Shown piece after piece: positions 62,062-64,000 of a stretch of DNA of 64,000 bases. The notes under the pieces are model-generated. The model was not told the DNA's origin, made no database searches, and saw nothing but the letters and a program-made list of their open reading frames with translations. Each line of letters begins with the position of its first letter. Position 1 is the stretch's first letter. The stretch lies in the NCBI GenBank assembly GCA_002633005.1, contig NMRA01000439.1, forward strand, positions 319,376 through 383,375. Reading direction: 5' to 3'. The stretch comes from Phoronis australis. Taxonomy: Eukaryota; Animalia; Phoronida. The translations under genes were made by a program, and so were the position numbers.

Positions 62062-64000
62062 GTGGGTACGGAAATAACCGATGACAACCGGTAATCATTC
62101 GCTCAGAGAGAAGGGTCAAATACTGTTAAAAATCGCTTTTGGCAAGAAAGGCGATAAGAATATAAAGAAAGGGTGTCGAAAATAAGAATTTATGTAGTAA
62201 GTATTTTCTGATACTGGAACCACATGGGCAGTTTGCAAAAAGGACTTTAAAGTATTCGTGAGTTGTTTTATTCACTATTGCGTGCGCGCCATCTTTCGGC
62301 CGCAACACGTATTGATATACCACACTCCGCGGATCAAGATAAAAACATTAATTAGTCACCCGGTCCTGAATGAGTGAAATTCCTGCGACAAAGAGATTAA
62401 AAAAAAGTAATTCTTCATGCTCCTAACACTGCAATATTTTCCCATCGCCGACATTCAGCTCATTGACTACAATTCACTACACTCCCCCCGCCCCGGTTTG
62501 TGGCGCGGAATTTTTATATTTAGACAACAAAGGTATGCATTGTAAGTTTGTTGTAGTGAGTTTTAAAAATATATTGCCATGTTACACATGTTTTGCTCGG
62601 GACCTTCTTTCTATAAATAGCCGCACGATGAAAATTGGAGGTCATTAACGTGTTATAGCGGATTTTTCATATTGGAACTATCAAACGTGCGCTGTTCGTC
62701 ACAGGTGACATTTAGCCTCAATTCTTATTTCACGCGTTTTTCCCCTGCCTTTCTCTTCATGCTTCCACGCCTTCTTAGTTCTGGTTGGTGGCCCCTATGG
62801 TCGTTTACTTTCTGGTTCCATCGTTAGTTTTCGGTCATTTTTTTCTTTATATTTGTGAAGGTCAGCGGCCCGGTTGCATGAAACTGTCCCAACCAGGCAC
62901 TCAGTTATGTTTGATGTAATTTTATTCGAATTTGTGAACTTGTGAAAACACTGATTATTCTTTCTAATGCTGTTTTTTTCTCATTACTAAATGAAGTTTT
63001 GACTTTGGTACGCGCCGTGAGAAAACTCAATTGAATTCTCAAAATTACCGATCTTTTCATGCAACGCCCCTAACTTGAGGACTAAGTTCCTATTTATTTT
63101 CATCGAAATGATGTATAAGTTTCAGACAGTGTTGCTAGCCAAACTGGAACTTACAATAAAGGTGAAATGATAGCAAACGTGTGAGTAAACAAAGACACTA
63201 ATTTAGTTGAGTCCCTACTTGTTATTGTTTCCTGCAACCGGGCAATGGAGGGTAACTCAGTTCTCTCACTTTAATTCTTGCGTTTTCTTTTGTTTCCCGT
63301 GTTATTGTCATAAACAATACCCGGACCCAATTCTCCAGCATTTTGCCTACACCCTTGGGGAAGCCCGCACCGCTTGGATCGTTCGGGTTTTAATTAACTT
63401 GTCCCTTCTACATGTATATTCCCTTTTTAATGCCACATTTTACACAGCAACAGTACTCAGACACGTAATTGTTTATTATCTACTGTAAATACTTTAAAAG
63501 GAGGTAAACATTCCATAGGTATGAAAAATTGAGACAACGTTTATTTGGCTCTTATCTTTGACATAATGTTTGAACTTAGAGATGCGCTTTTGATACACCC
63601 TGTATTTTGTCAGACACTCTAGTTTATATTAATACGTTCATGAATGGCACAAGGAAATCATGTGTAATGACAACGGGAAATCGACGACATACATATACAT
63701 CATTGCTGATTTAAATAGTCCTTAAGGAATAGAACGAGAATATGAACTGAATTTGATATCTCGAGAATATGGCTACGTTCTTTAGATGCAAGAATCTCCC
63801 GAAAAGGCAAGATCACGCAAGTCTTCGTGATATATCGTCATACATTAAATGGAAAAAACGTGATTACACCAGCTGTTCTTTTAAGACTCTTAAAAGAGTC
63901 TTAGGTCTACGGAGCTCAACTCAGGATTGAGTTGAATTGCGCCATGAGGCTTTTGCGAGATAAGCGAGACCACGCAAGTCTTTTGAGACTTCGCAAAGTC

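Overview
This is AT-rich, repeat-dense genomic DNA from a eukaryote, most likely a marine invertebrate. It has GT-AG introns, a 103-N scaffold gap and scattered single-n positions. No operons, CRISPR arrays or rRNA genes are present. Three host genes are supported: (1) a 4-exon MFSD4/NaGLT1-like MFS transporter (+, 2281-8654, 477 aa; exons 1 and 2 are missing from the ORF track and were reconstructed by hand), (2) an intronless GT31 brainiac-like glycosyltransferase (-, 15267-16490), and (3) a TRIM-NHL protein with eroded RING/B-box zinc ligands (+, 51098-52936). The rest is largely transposon-derived. It includes a nearly intact CR1-type LINE whose APE-RT ORF carries a virus-like 2A ribosome-skipping motif (LLTAGDIEVNPGP), and a ~4 kb Merlin/IS1016-like element with ~270-bp TIRs. 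There are also two Penelope-like relics with hammerhead-ribozyme-like motifs, an RTE-X-like LINE relic, a Helentron/HINE-like element carrying an array of CTCF-like motifs, several MITE families and two long palindromes. I cannot claim a wholly new biological system. The best leads are the 2A-LINE, the element-borne CTCF-motif array, the hammerhead motifs, the inverted MITE dimer with a triplicated TSD, and the palindrome/tRNA-head element. All family assignments come from motif recognition by eye, not from database searches.
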